Positions 52,901 to 62,795 of a DNA stretch of 64,000 bases are shown here, piece by piece. Each line of letters begins with the position of its first letter. The first letter of the stretch is position 1. A program made the position numbers and the translations under genes. Under the pieces are notes generated by a model. It was not told the origin of the DNA, searched no databases, and saw only the letters and a program-made list of their open reading frames with translations. Source of the stretch: an uncultured delta proteobacterium (GTDB taxonomy: Bacteria; Desulfobacterota; WTBG01; CAIYCZ01; CAIRTM01); the NCBI GenBank assembly GCA_963804955.1, contig CAWDSQ010000024.1, forward strand, positions 32,001 through 96,000. Reading direction: 5' to 3'.

Positions 52901-53074
52901 ATGGCCGAACACATATGTAAAGGCGAACACAAGGGGCATTTATGCCTGCTGGCAAGTCAGGAGAAGTTTGACGAAATAAAGAAACTGGCCAAAAGCCCCA
53001 AATATATCTGCTTCAACTGCGGACGGGTTGCCGACTCGGATAAAAACGTGTGCAATCCCATGCCGCTGGATTGA
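52901..53074 (+). CDS. 57-aa Cys/His-rich small protein (missing from the ORF track)
   Basis: RBS AAGGAGG; MAEHICKGEHKGHLC...YICFNCGRVADSDKNVCNPMPLD. Confidence 0.75.
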   Translation: MAEHICKGEHKGHLCLLASQEKFDEIKKLAKSPKYICFNCGRVADSDKNVCNPMPLD

Positions 53075-53096
53075 TAGAAAAAAGGCTTCCTTCACA

Positions 53097-53441
53097 GTGG
53101 GCAGCATTATACGGTCATCTTGCAGCTGCGGATTTACAGCCGAATTTTTCGGCGGGTCGGAAAAGCAAAACTACACAACCGTGTGTTATGCTCCGGCATT
53201 GTGCCTCTCATGCGGCGGGTTTCATGTTCTCAACTATCTTAATGCCGAATGTCTCTGCCCGGCCTGCCAACAGACCGTCTGCTTTTACAATGATGCAAAG
53301 CTTCATGAGGAAAAGGACGGAAAAGGAAAAGAAGTGACGGCTGCAAAACCCGAGGTGTTTATTCTGCCGCGTGGTACATGCCTGTGCCCGGGGTGCAGGC
53401 AGATGACCATGCATTTTGAGGCGGTCAGCTGCTGCGAATAG
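53097..53441 (+). CDS. Cys-rich zinc-ribbon-like protein
   Basis: CSC, CLSC, CPAC, CPGC pairs; GTG start. Confidence 0.6.
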   Translation: MGSIIRSSCSCGFTAEFFGGSEKQNYTTVCYAPALCLSCGGFHVLNYLNAECLCPACQQTVCFYNDAKLHEEKDGKGKEVTAAKPEVFILPRGTCLCPGCRQMTMHFEAVSCCE

Positions 53442-54360
53442 CTTCTGCCCCCACCCATGCCGCGCCGAACACTCCTGCCGAATCCCCGAGCAGATTTTTG
53501 AGAATCGGCGTCTTCAGATTCTCGCAGAAAACATATTTTTTCACACGCTCTGCGCCCAGCGAATACAGCTCGTCGATATTCGAAAGCCCGCCGCCCAGCA
53601 CAACAGCATCAGGATCAAGCGTGGAAATAAGCCCGCCCAGACAGCGGCCGAAATCATCAAAAAAGCGGTTGAAGGCTTCGACGCATTCAGGATCGTTGCT
53701 GCGAAAGCCCTGTAGAATGGATTGCATTGATATAATACGTCCGTAGCGGGCATAAAAAGCCGCCTCAACCCCGCCGCCGCTGATTTTTGTTTCCACGCAA
53801 CCCCTGTTGCCGCAGTAGCACGGCGCCCCGTTTGGATCAACTGAGTAATGGCCCCATTCACCCGCTATATGATGCGGTCCGGGCCGTACATGGCCGTTTA
53901 TACACATCCCGCCGCCGCAGCCAGTTCCCATAATAATGCCGAACACAAGACCATAACCCTGTGCCGCCCCTGCCCTGCATTCGGCAAGGGTGAAACAGTT
54001 GGCATCGTTTTCGACAACCACGCTGCAACCAAGTTCTCGCTCAATGTCCGTATGAAGAGATTTGCCGTTCAGGCAGGTTGTATTTGCATTCTGAACGGTA
54101 TTGGTCTCGGCAGCAATTGAGCCGGGTATGCCGATGCCGATGGTGCGGGTGCTGTGTGGAGGGATATGCTTACGCGCTTCATCGGTAAGGTCAGCAATAC
54201 AGTGTAAAACAGGACCGTAGCCATCACGACTGGGTGTCGGCATGCGCTTTCGGAACAGCACCCCGTCATCGGGATCAAGCGCGATGACCTCGGTTTTCGT
54301 TCCGCCAAGATCAATGCCGATTTTAAACGTGATAGAGCCTGGCTCAGTAATAATTTTCAT
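53425..54360 (-). CDS. ROK-family sugar kinase (Mak-like)
   Basis: GIDLGGTK, ENDANC, GTGCGGG, GEWGH, CYCGNRGCVE. Confidence 0.93.
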   Translation of the reverse strand: MKIITEPGSITFKIGIDLGGTKTEVIALDPDDGVLFRKRMPTPSRDGYGPVLHCIADLTDEARKHIPPHSTRTIGIGIPGSIAAETNTVQNANTTCLNGKSLHTDIERELGCSVVVENDANCFTLAECRAGAAQGYGLVFGIIMGTGCGGGMCINGHVRPGPHHIAGEWGHYSVDPNGAPCYCGNRGCVETKISGGGVEAAFYARYGRIISMQSILQGFRSNDPECVEAFNRFFDDFGRCLGGLISTLDPDAVVLGGGLSNIDELYSLGAERVKKYVFCENLKTPILKNLLGDSAGVFGAAWVGAEAIRSS

Positions 54361-54389
54361 AAAAAATAATGTATCAGTTTGTTTACCGC

Positions 54390-54437
54390 TTGACAAAAAA
54401 AATAATACAGCTAGAATAGATACCAGTTAGTCGGTAT
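54390..54437 (+). promoter_or_regulatory. Sigma70-type promoter with a probable TetR operator
   Basis: TTGACA-16 nt-TAGAAT followed by the imperfect palindrome ATACCAGTTAGTCGGTAT. Confidence 0.6.
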
Positions 54438-54479
54438 GTTGTTTTACTCAACGCAATCCATAATTTCAGGGAGCTTATT

Positions 54480-55294
54480 ATGAAATCAGTCATAATTACC
54501 GGAAGTTCCAAAGGAATCGGGCTTGGCATGTGTCTGGAATTTCTCAAGCGTGGCTGTTCTGTTCTGATCAGTTCAAGAAAAAAGGCCGATGTTGATGCTG
54601 CAGTACAAAAATTTTCAGCTCAATTTGGAACTGAGAAAGTTATCGGGCTTACCTGTGATGTAACGGATATAAGACAGGTTCAGGCACTCTGGGACGCAGC
54701 GGTTTCAAAATTCGGTAAAGTCGATATCTGGATCAATAATGCCGGAGCGGTTAATACGACCCTGCCGGTTTGGGAAGTGGACCCTGATGAAATTAAAACC
54801 GTTATAAATACGAATATTGTCGGACATCTGTTTGGCGTGAAGGTAGCTATGAAGGGCATGCTGAAGCAGGGAGCTCGGCCAGATTTACAATTTTTACGGT
54901 TTTGGCTCAAATGATGACAAAAAACCCGGCGGACTGGGCGTCTACGGCACCACAAAACGGGCTATCCGCTATCTCACCGAACTTCTGGTCGAGGAGGTTA
55001 AGGATATGCCGGTTCAGGTCGGCTCACTCATGCCCGGCACGGTTATAACCGATCTTATGATTAAAACCATCAGCACCATGCCGCTGCAGCAGCGTGAAAT
55101 GCTCAAAAAAAGCTTTAATATCGTTGGCGGATACTGTTGAAACTGTTTCTGAATTTCTGGTCGAAGAGATACTGAAAAACAATAAAAACGGCGCTGGTAT
55201 CAACTGGATGACCGAGGAAAAATTCAAAGCCCGCATGCAGGATCCCTATTACCAGAAACGAGATCTGTTCTCAGACTTGAAACTCGACGCTTAA
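54480..55294 (+). CDS. Short-chain dehydrogenase (frameshifted)
   Basis: TGSSKGIG, WINNAG, YGTTK in the shifted frame, LADTVETV. Confidence 0.85.
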
Positions 55295-55313
55295 TGCCGG
55301 TGAGCAGACTGCC

Positions 55314-55910
55314 ATGACGACGAAAAAAGCCCCTGAGCTGCGAAAAGAGGAAATTTTCAACGCCGCACTTTTCTGTTTCAACCAGAAAGGCTATTACGAA
55401 ACCTCCATTGATGATATTGCAGCCCGTGCGGGTATAACAAAGGGAGGCATTTATCATCACTTCAACTCAAAAAAAATTCTTTTTATCGATCTGTTTCACA
55501 CGGTAGCCAATCGCTATTTTGAGTCGCTCAAGCTCAAAATTCACCAGTCGTCAAACGCCTCGAGCCACATGCAGGACCTGGTCAAAAAATCCAATGAAAT
55601 TTTCAACGAAAATATGGATATTCTCAAGTTCTGCTTTGAATTCATGTCGCTTGCTTCGCGCGACAGCGAAATTCGACTGGCGGTCACTGATTTTTACAAA
55701 AACAGGGTCGTCATATTCGCAGAGACCCTGTCTGACGGGGTCAATAAGGGTATGTTCAAGGATATACCTGCAGATGCCGTTGCGCGGTCGCTCTATTTTC
55801 TGTCCATGGGCTTTTTCCTGACCTACTTTACCGTTGATATCGATTTTGACCCCATGACGCAACACACAATAAACATGAAAACGTTCATGGAGGGGATCAA
55901 AAAGCAGTAA
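55314..55910 (+). CDS. TetR/AcrR-family regulator
   Basis: F.QKGY.ETSIDDIAARAGITKGGIYHHF.SK. Confidence 0.95.
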   Translation: MTTKKAPELRKEEIFNAALFCFNQKGYYETSIDDIAARAGITKGGIYHHFNSKKILFIDLFHTVANRYFESLKLKIHQSSNASSHMQDLVKKSNEIFNENMDILKFCFEFMSLASRDSEIRLAVTDFYKNRVVIFAETLSDGVNKGMFKDIPADAVARSLYFLSMGFFLTYFTVDIDFDPMTQHTINMKTFMEGIKKQ

Positions 55911-56001
55911 AATCAGGTTCATGCCGGCTGCGGCGCCGCTATAAACGAATAAGCAAAGTAAAAAACAAAATACCTTAATTAAAGCATGGAGGAAACCGCA
56001 C

Positions 56002-56796
56002 ATGAAACACATGACACAGACACTTGCAGTACTGACACTGGCCATAGCCACACTATTTTTCTTTTCTGCTGCAACCGCTGCAGAGCCGCAGGCAGCAAAG
56101 GATACAAAGGCCAAAGCCATCGACACCAAGGAACAGAAGACCAGCAATCACCCTGAAATACCAGAAGGTGTTTCCTGCAATGACTGCCATGAAGTCAAAT
56201 ACGATGCCAATACGACCGCAACCCAGGTCTGGCTGACCGGAGAGTCCCCTAACAAAAAAGCCGGCGAAGGCGTTATGCCGAAAGAAAAAATCTGGCAGGA
56301 ATTCACCAAAATAATCGGCAGCAAAACCGGGACCAAAACCTTTATCCTGGCCACCTGCCTGAACAATGAGCCGCTTTCCACAACCGCGGAATTTTCCCTT
56401 GATCCGGCTAAAAAGGTTCTCTACGGCCTGCATGAAATGGGCACTGAAAAACTCAATCATGTACAAAACAACCCGAAGGTGAGCCTCAACTGGCACAAGG
56501 ACTTCGACAGCTTTGCCGATTTCCGGTGCTGCCAGATAAAGGGACATGCTGAAATCATCGAAAACACCAAGCCGGAATTCGAAGCAGCCGTCAAAAATTT
56601 CCTGCCCTATGAAAAAAGCGTGCGCCTGCCGGAAAACGCCACCCGGCAGCAGAAGGAAGATGCCTATAAGGCGCGGCGTGACATGCTCAAGAAGGGCAAT
56701 TTTGTCGTTATGAAAATCTCCATTGACCGGATTACCATGGCAAATTCCGCTTTCGTGAAAGACGGTTTCCGCGTGTATCAGCGCTGGGTACCCTGA
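56002..56796 (+). CDS. Exported monoheme cytochrome c fused to a PNPOx-like split-barrel domain
   Basis: Signal peptide, CNDCH, then FILATC.NNEP...KLNHVQNNPKVSL...QIKGHAEII. Confidence 0.75.
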   Translation: MKHMTQTLAVLTLAIATLFFFSAATAAEPQAAKDTKAKAIDTKEQKTSNHPEIPEGVSCNDCHEVKYDANTTATQVWLTGESPNKKAGEGVMPKEKIWQEFTKIIGSKTGTKTFILATCLNNEPLSTTAEFSLDPAKKVLYGLHEMGTEKLNHVQNNPKVSLNWHKDFDSFADFRCCQIKGHAEIIENTKPEFEAAVKNFLPYEKSVRLPENATRQQKEDAYKARRDMLKKGNFVVMKISIDRITMANSAFVKDGFRVYQRWVP

Positions 56797-56845
56797 CCCG
56801 CTGCAGGCAGGTCAACGAATCAGCAAAACACTTTCAGGAGCATGT

Positions 56846-57649
56846 ATGAAAACAATCGTCATTACAGGAAGCACCCGCGGCATCGGACATGGTATGGCGC
56901 TTGAGTTGCTGAAGCGCGGCAGCAGGGTCATGATCAGCGGCCGCAAAAAAGACCAGGTCGATAGCGAAGTAGACAATTTTGCAGCAGTGTACGGCAAAGA
57001 GAACATCGCCGGACATCCCTGTGAAATAACCAGGTATGAACAGATACAGGCCCTGTGGGATGCCGCCGTAAAAGCTTTCGGCACGGTTGATATCTGGATC
57101 AACAATGCCGGTGTGACGCACCCCACGCGCAATCTCATGGAGCTCGAGCCCGCTGAAATGAAACCAGTAATAGACACCAATATCACCGGGTTAATCTATG
57201 CAAATCAGATTGCCCTGCGAGGCATGACAGCGCAGGGTCATGGCTTCATCTACAATATGGAGGGCCATGGCAGCCATGATGAATACATCGCAGGGCTGTC
57301 GATTTATGGCGCAACAAAACGTGCTGTCACCTATTTCACCAATTCGCTGCTCATGGAAATTGATGGCGAAACGATCAAGGCAGGGCTGCTGTCGCCGGGA
57401 ATCGTTATGACCGATTTTATAATTGATGAAATGCGCAAACTGCCGCCCGATCGTTTTGAGACGGCTAAAATCGTCTACAACTGCCTTGCCGATACCGTTG
57501 AAACCGTGACGCCCTGGCTGGCTGAAAACATCCTGGCCAATGATGAAAGCGGTAAGGAAATTGCCTGGCTTGACACGGAAAAAGCAAATGAGCGATTTAA
57601 CTCTGACGAGTACTGCAGCAGGGATTTGCTGAGTCAATTCGGTTTATAA
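56846..57649 (+). CDS. Short-chain dehydrogenase
   Basis: TGSTRGIG, WINNAG, YGATK. Confidence 0.93.
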   Translation: MKTIVITGSTRGIGHGMALELLKRGSRVMISGRKKDQVDSEVDNFAAVYGKENIAGHPCEITRYEQIQALWDAAVKAFGTVDIWINNAGVTHPTRNLMELEPAEMKPVIDTNITGLIYANQIALRGMTAQGHGFIYNMEGHGSHDEYIAGLSIYGATKRAVTYFTNSLLMEIDGETIKAGLLSPGIVMTDFIIDEMRKLPPDRFETAKIVYNCLADTVETVTPWLAENILANDESGKEIAWLDTEKANERFNSDEYCSRDLLSQFGL

Positions 57650-57679
57650 TTAATTAAATTTATTCATGCGGGGGTCTTT

Positions 57680-58490
57680 ATGAAATCAGTCGTCATAACA
57701 GGAAGCTCAAAAGGCATCGGCCTGGGTCTGGCTAAAGAATTTTTGAAAAAAGGCTGCTCGGTCATGTTTAGCAAGTTTTGCCAGGGCAGAAATGGAGCAG
57801 GAGTGCGAACAAGCAGCTGCTGAATTCGGCAAAGACAAGGTTGCCTGCTTTCACTGCGATGTCACCAGTCTGGAGCAGGTTCAGGGGCTCTGGGATGGTG
57901 CGGTACAAGCCTTCGGCAAGGTTGATATCTGGATGAATAATGCCGGCATCGCCAATACGACCCGCCTGTTCTGGGAGCTTGAGGCAAAAGAAATACCGCG
58001 GGTCGTCAGCACCAACATGGCCGGCGTCATGTACGGCAGCCATGTGGCCATGAAGGGCATGCTGGCGCAGGGGTACGGCGCAATTTATAATTCCGAGGGC
58101 TTTGGCAGCGACGACATGTTTGTCAACGGCCTTGCCGTGTACGGCGCCACCAAACGCGGCGGCCGCTATTTTACCGAAGCGCTGGCCGAGGAAGTAAGCA
58201 AAAATGAAAAACCCGTCATTGTGGGCACGATAAGCCCCGGCATAGTCCTGACCGATTTTCTGCTCGATGATATGCGAAAAATGTCCCCGGATATCCTTGA
58301 AACAACCAAGGCGGTCTATAACAGCCTGGCCGACACGGTTGAAGTTGTCACGCCGTGGCTTGTTGAAGAGGTGCTCGGCAATACTGAGAACGGAAAACGC
58401 ATCATCTGGCTGACCGAGGAAAAAGCAAATGCGCGGTTTGAATCTGAGGAATACTACACCCGTGATCTTTTCACACAGCATGGCCTGTAA
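57680..58490 (+). CDS. Short-chain dehydrogenase (frameshift near 57780)
   Basis: TGSSKGIG, WMNNAG, YGATK. Confidence 0.88.
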
Positions 58491-58597
58491 GGTAATTAAA
58501 TTATTGACAATAAAAGGTCAACAACATAAACTTCGTGGAATTAAAATTTCGGACAAGCTCTTTTAAGAAAAGAAAAACAATTAACAAGGGAGGGAAA

Positions 58598-60157
58598 ATG
58601 GCTGACGCAACCGAAACGACAATCAAAGCTCCTAAATTTGCCGGCATAACCATATTGTCGGGTCTGTCCAAAACCAACTATTTCTTCATGTTTTTCAACA
58701 CCTTCCTTATGGGTATGTTCCTGAGCGTTACGGCGGTTCTGCAGCCGGCTTTCATGAAAGATATTATTAAAATTGATCAGGAATTTGCCGGCACGATCAT
58801 CAGTTTTCTTCAAAACATGAGCCAGATTGCAACCCTGCTTTTTGTCGCATTGATCGGTGCTTTGTCCGATAAAACCGGCCGCAAAATAATGGTTCTTGCA
58901 AGCTTTATCGTACTGTTCATTTCCTACTACCTGTTTAAAATCTCCAATCAAATTGCAATTGGTCTGGGTATTTCACCCGAAATTGCAGCTACAATCTGCG
59001 CCTGGCTGAGCTTTGCTCCCGATAAAGCCGCTGCATTTACCTCTTTTGCCCCCGGCTTGCTCGTATCCTATGTGGCGCGTTTTCTGGTCGGCGTTGGTCT
59101 TATACTCGGCTTTCCGCAATTAATAACAATGGTCGGTGACTATACCCGGGACAAGGACCGCGGCAAAGGCATGGCCATGAACGGCATGGCCTCGGGATTT
59201 GCCGCGCTTGTAGTTTTTGGCTTGTTCGGCGCTATTATGAAAAAAGGCGGCGTGCTGGCCGGTTTTGATGCCTGCATGTTGCTTGCGGTAATAGGCGCCG
59301 TGCTGACCGCAGTTTTCATGAAAGACCGGATGCCGGAGCAGGCTGCTGAGAAGCAGGGACTCAAGGATGTTATTCCCCTTGTCAAGGAGAGCATGGCTTT
59401 AAAAGCAGCGTATTTGACTACCCTGGTTACCCGCGCCGATATCGTTGTTCTTGCGACCTATCTGGTTGCCTGGGGAGTCATGGCAGGACCTGCTGCAGGG
59501 TATGATTCCGGCAAAGCTACGCTCATGGCCACCATTCCCATGATGATCATGGGCGTCATATCTTTAGTCGCATTTCCTGTTGTCGGCGTAATGCTCGAGA
59601 AAAAAGGAAGGATGGCGACAATTATTTTCAGTGTTATCTGCGCCGGCGTCAGCATGCTGCTCGTGGCTGTTTCTCCGAGCCCTTTCCACCCCATATGTTT
59701 TCTTGCTGCAATTTTTGCCGGCATCGGCATGGCAGGATCGATTGTCGGGGCCAATACCCTTGCCATGGATGCCTCCCCAATAACACTTATGGGCGCGGTT
59801 ATGGGCGGCCTCTCCACCATGCAGCCCATTGGCATTTTGTTTTTTCTCGCACTGGGCGGAGTTTTGTATGACGGGATCGGCCCGGGTGCAGCTTTTGCCC
59901 TCAAGGGCATCGCCAGCATCGTTCTGGTTGTATGGCTTTTCACCATCAGGAATGTCGTAACGGAAGAAATAAAGGCGACATTCAATATGGATTGGGAAGA
60001 AGCAGCAAAAGCAATTATGATGAAGATCCCCGGCGGCGTGCGCCAGGGCGCCATCGAGGGCACCGAGTCATATGCTCAGGATCAGGGCCTGACAAAGGTC
60101 ACCGTTGCGCTTTGCCAGGAACTCAAAAAAATGATGGATGAGGCTGACGGCGTGTAA
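58598..60157 (+). CDS. MFS transporter with C-terminal PCP_red-like domain
   Basis: About 12 TM helices, GALSDKTGRK; tail MDWEEAAKAIMMKIPGGVRQGAIEGTESYAQDQGLTKVT. Confidence 0.92.
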   Translation: MADATETTIKAPKFAGITILSGLSKTNYFFMFFNTFLMGMFLSVTAVLQPAFMKDIIKIDQEFAGTIISFLQNMSQIATLLFVALIGALSDKTGRKIMVLASFIVLFISYYLFKISNQIAIGLGISPEIAATICAWLSFAPDKAAAFTSFAPGLLVSYVARFLVGVGLILGFPQLITMVGDYTRDKDRGKGMAMNGMASGFAALVVFGLFGAIMKKGGVLAGFDACMLLAVIGAVLTAVFMKDRMPEQAAEKQGLKDVIPLVKESMALKAAYLTTLVTRADIVVLATYLVAWGVMAGPAAGYDSGKATLMATIPMMIMGVISLVAFPVVGVMLEKKGRMATIIFSVICAGVSMLLVAVSPSPFHPICFLAAIFAGIGMAGSIVGANTLAMDASPITLMGAVMGGLSTMQPIGILFFLALGGVLYDGIGPGAAFALKGIASIVLVVWLFTIRNVVTEEIKATFNMDWEEAAKAIMMKIPGGVRQGAIEGTESYAQDQGLTKVTVALCQELKKMMDEADGV

Positions 60158-60175
60158 TTTATTTTAGCATGTATT

Positions 60176-60213
60176 AAAGAAAGGCTGCCACCAGTGGCAG
60201 CCTTTCTTTTTTT
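60176..60213 (+). terminator. Intrinsic terminator
   Basis: AAAGAAAGGCTGCCAC-ca-GTGGCAGCCTTTCTTTTTT. Confidence 0.88.
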
Positions 60214-60264
60214 ATGACTCTCCACAGGCAACTATGCTATGCTGTAATCAAAAAAGGAACTCGC

Positions 60265-60714
60265 ATGACAGTTTCTGCTGAAGAACTAAATCGACAGGAA
60301 AAGCTGCGCGCCATTCTTGCTGCAAGCAAAGCCACGCTTCTTGCAGAGCTTCGCAAGTCAATGGAAGTTCAGAGAACGGAAAACAGCAGCATGTCATTTG
60401 AAATTGCGCAGGATGACGGTGACAAATCCGTTGAAGACCATGAACGGCATGTACAGGTTTCCATTCAGAGCATTAAATCAGAGCAGCTTGATCTCATTGA
60501 GCAGGCACTTGAAAAACTTGCTGCCGGGACCTATGGCATATGTGCGGAGTGCGGATGTGAAATACCACTCCAGCGTCTTGCAATACAGGCATGCACCTCG
60601 TACTGCGTTGCCTGTCAGGAAAAAATAGACCTGATGAACAAACGGGACAAGCTCGGCTCACAGAAAAACGAAACGACCCTCGAAACGACCTATGACTATC
60701 TCCCGGATGAATGA
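60265..60714 (+). CDS. TraR/DksA-family C4 zinc-finger protein
   Basis: Coiled coil with DDGD, YGICAECGCEIP..RL....CVACQ. Confidence 0.9.
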   Translation: MTVSAEELNRQEKLRAILAASKATLLAELRKSMEVQRTENSSMSFEIAQDDGDKSVEDHERHVQVSIQSIKSEQLDLIEQALEKLAAGTYGICAECGCEIPLQRLAIQACTSYCVACQEKIDLMNKRDKLGSQKNETTLETTYDYLPDE

Positions 60715-60811
60715 CTCTGATTGCAGAAGCAGGATAAAGCATTTGACTCACCTGTAGCCTCCTGTTATAGATACGCAGCAGACAACAACCACCACGGACA
60801 CTACGGAATCT

Positions 60812-61798
60812 ATGCCGGAGCTTCTTGAAGTCGACAATCTCCAGACGCGGCTGCATCTGCCTCAGGGCAGCGCCCATGTCGTTGATCATGTCAGTTTCTC
60901 GCTAAGCAGCGGCCAGACACTGGCGCTGGTCGGCGAATCAGGCTGCGGTAAGACAATGACAGCCTACTCAATTCTCCGCCTGCTGCCCTCACCTCCAGCA
61001 GCCATTACCGGCGGGCGTATTTTATTCAACGGCGAAAACCTCCTTGCTCTGCCCGAAAAAAAAATGCGCCGGATACGCGGAGGCAAAATATCCATAATTT
61101 TCCAGGAGCCGCTCACGTCGCTTAATCCGGTTTTCAGAGTTGGCAGCCAGATTGCTGAGGTTCTGCAGGTGCATACAAGCATGTCCGGTAAAGCCGCGCT
61201 TGAAATGACCGTTCAGCTGCTGCGCGATGTGGGGATACCGTCACCGGAGCAGCGAATGCGGGACTACCCGCATCAAATGAGCGGCGGCATGCGACAGCGT
61301 GTCATGATTGCAATGGCCATTGCCTGCAACCCTCAGCTGCTCATTGCAGATGAGCCGACAACCGCACTGGATGTAACCGTGCAGGCCCAGATCATGGAAC
61401 TTCTCAACCGGCTCAAAGAGCGGCACAATATGGCTCTGCTGCTTATCACCCACGATCTGGGTGTTGTCGCTGAAACTGCACGTGATGTTGCCGTTATGTA
61501 TGCAGGCAGAATTGTAGAATATACTGATGTTGCAACACTCTTTGCTCAGCCGGCCAATCCCTATACCCAGGGGCTTCTTAATTCTCTTCCGCGGCCGGGC
61601 GTTGCACGGCTCAAGCCGATACGCGGCATGATACCCTCTATTTTTGAATTGCCGGAAGGATGCAAATTCTGCACGCGCTGCGACAAAGCCTTCGACCTCT
61701 GCATGCGGCAGGAGCCTGATCTCATAAATATCGCGCAGAGGGGCGAAACAGCGCATTTTGTCCGCTGCTGGCTCTATCAAAACGAAGCGACCAGGTGA
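60812..61798 (+). CDS. Peptide ABC transporter ATPase (OppD/DppD type)
   Basis: GESGCGKT, FQEPLTSLNP, YPHQMSGGMRQRV, ADEPTTALDV. Confidence 0.95.
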   Translation: MPELLEVDNLQTRLHLPQGSAHVVDHVSFSLSSGQTLALVGESGCGKTMTAYSILRLLPSPPAAITGGRILFNGENLLALPEKKMRRIRGGKISIIFQEPLTSLNPVFRVGSQIAEVLQVHTSMSGKAALEMTVQLLRDVGIPSPEQRMRDYPHQMSGGMRQRVMIAMAIACNPQLLIADEPTTALDVTVQAQIMELLNRLKERHNMALLLITHDLGVVAETARDVAVMYAGRIVEYTDVATLFAQPANPYTQGLLNSLPRPGVARLKPIRGMIPSIFELPEGCKFCTRCDKAFDLCMRQEPDLINIAQRGETAHFVRCWLYQNEATR

Positions 61799-61804
61799 GG
61801 GATC

Positions 61805-62776
61805 ATGGATAGCACCCGCTTACTTGACGTCATTGACCTGAAAAAAAGCTTTCCTGTTTCACAAGGTTTTTTTTCACGCACGAACGATTGTATCCAGGCT
61901 GTCAACGGTATCAGCTTCAGCATACTGCAGGGTGAAATTCTTGGGCTTGTCGGCGAATCAGGCTGCGGCAAATCAACCGTGGCACGGCTTGCCCTTAACC
62001 TCGACCGGCCTGACAGCGGCAGGATCCTGTTCAAAGGTAAAAATATTTTCGAACTCAGGCAGGAGGCCCTCAAACAATTCAGGCGCCGCGTTCAGATAAT
62101 CTTTCAGGATCCTTTTTCATCCCTCAATCCGAGAAAAACAGTCGGAAGCATTATAGGTGAACCGCTCCTGATACACAACATCGCTTCACGTCGGGACGCA
62201 CCTGAAAAAGTTATCAGGCTTATGGAGCTTGTCGGACTGCGCCGGGATTACTACGACCGGTATCCCCATGAGTTCAGCAGCGGCCAGCGCCAGCGTATCG
62301 GCATCGCGCGGGCCCTCAGCCTGACTCCCGAACTGGTTGTGGCAGATGAGCCGGTATCAGCCCTGGACGTTTCTATTCAGGCGCAAACCATAAACCTGCT
62401 GCTGGATCTTCAGAAACAGTTCGGCCTTACCTATCTCTTTATTTCACATGATCTGTCTGTTGTGAGGCATGTCAGCACGCGGGTCGCTGTCATGTATCTG
62501 GGAAAAATCGTCGAGCTCGGGCCGAATGCACGGCTGTATGAACATCCTATTCACCCATATACTGAAGCGCTGCTGTCGGCAGTTCCCGTGCCAGATCCCC
62601 GCATAAAAAAACCGCGTGTCATATTGAGCGGAGATCCTCCAATCCCGATTGGTCGCCGCACGGGCTGTGCGTTTGCCGACCGCTGCCCGATTGCAGATGC
62701 ATCCATGTGTTTTGATATCGAGCCGCCCTTTGTTGAAAAGGCGGCAGGTCACTGGGCTTCATGCCATAAACGTTGA
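61805..62776 (+). CDS. Peptide ABC transporter ATPase (OppF/DppF type)
   Basis: GESGCGKST, FQDPFSSLNPR, GQRQRIGIARAL, HPYTEALL. Confidence 0.95.
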   Translation: MDSTRLLDVIDLKKSFPVSQGFFSRTNDCIQAVNGISFSILQGEILGLVGESGCGKSTVARLALNLDRPDSGRILFKGKNIFELRQEALKQFRRRVQIIFQDPFSSLNPRKTVGSIIGEPLLIHNIASRRDAPEKVIRLMELVGLRRDYYDRYPHEFSSGQRQRIGIARALSLTPELVVADEPVSALDVSIQAQTINLLLDLQKQFGLTYLFISHDLSVVRHVSTRVAVMYLGKIVELGPNARLYEHPIHPYTEALLSAVPVPDPRIKKPRVILSGDPPIPIGRRTGCAFADRCPIADASMCFDIEPPFVEKAAGHWASCHKR

Positions 62777-62795
62777 CACGGGAGATGCTTCAGCA

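Noticed and set aside
2257..60157. Chlorophyll metabolism inferred from PCP_red-like tails and NOL-like SDRs
   Set aside because: No bchL/N/B cores or other photosynthesis genes are present; these are family resemblances only
60812..62776. oppDF-like genes without adjacent permease or binding-protein genes
   Set aside because: Split peptide-ABC loci are common; not notable without the rest of the genome
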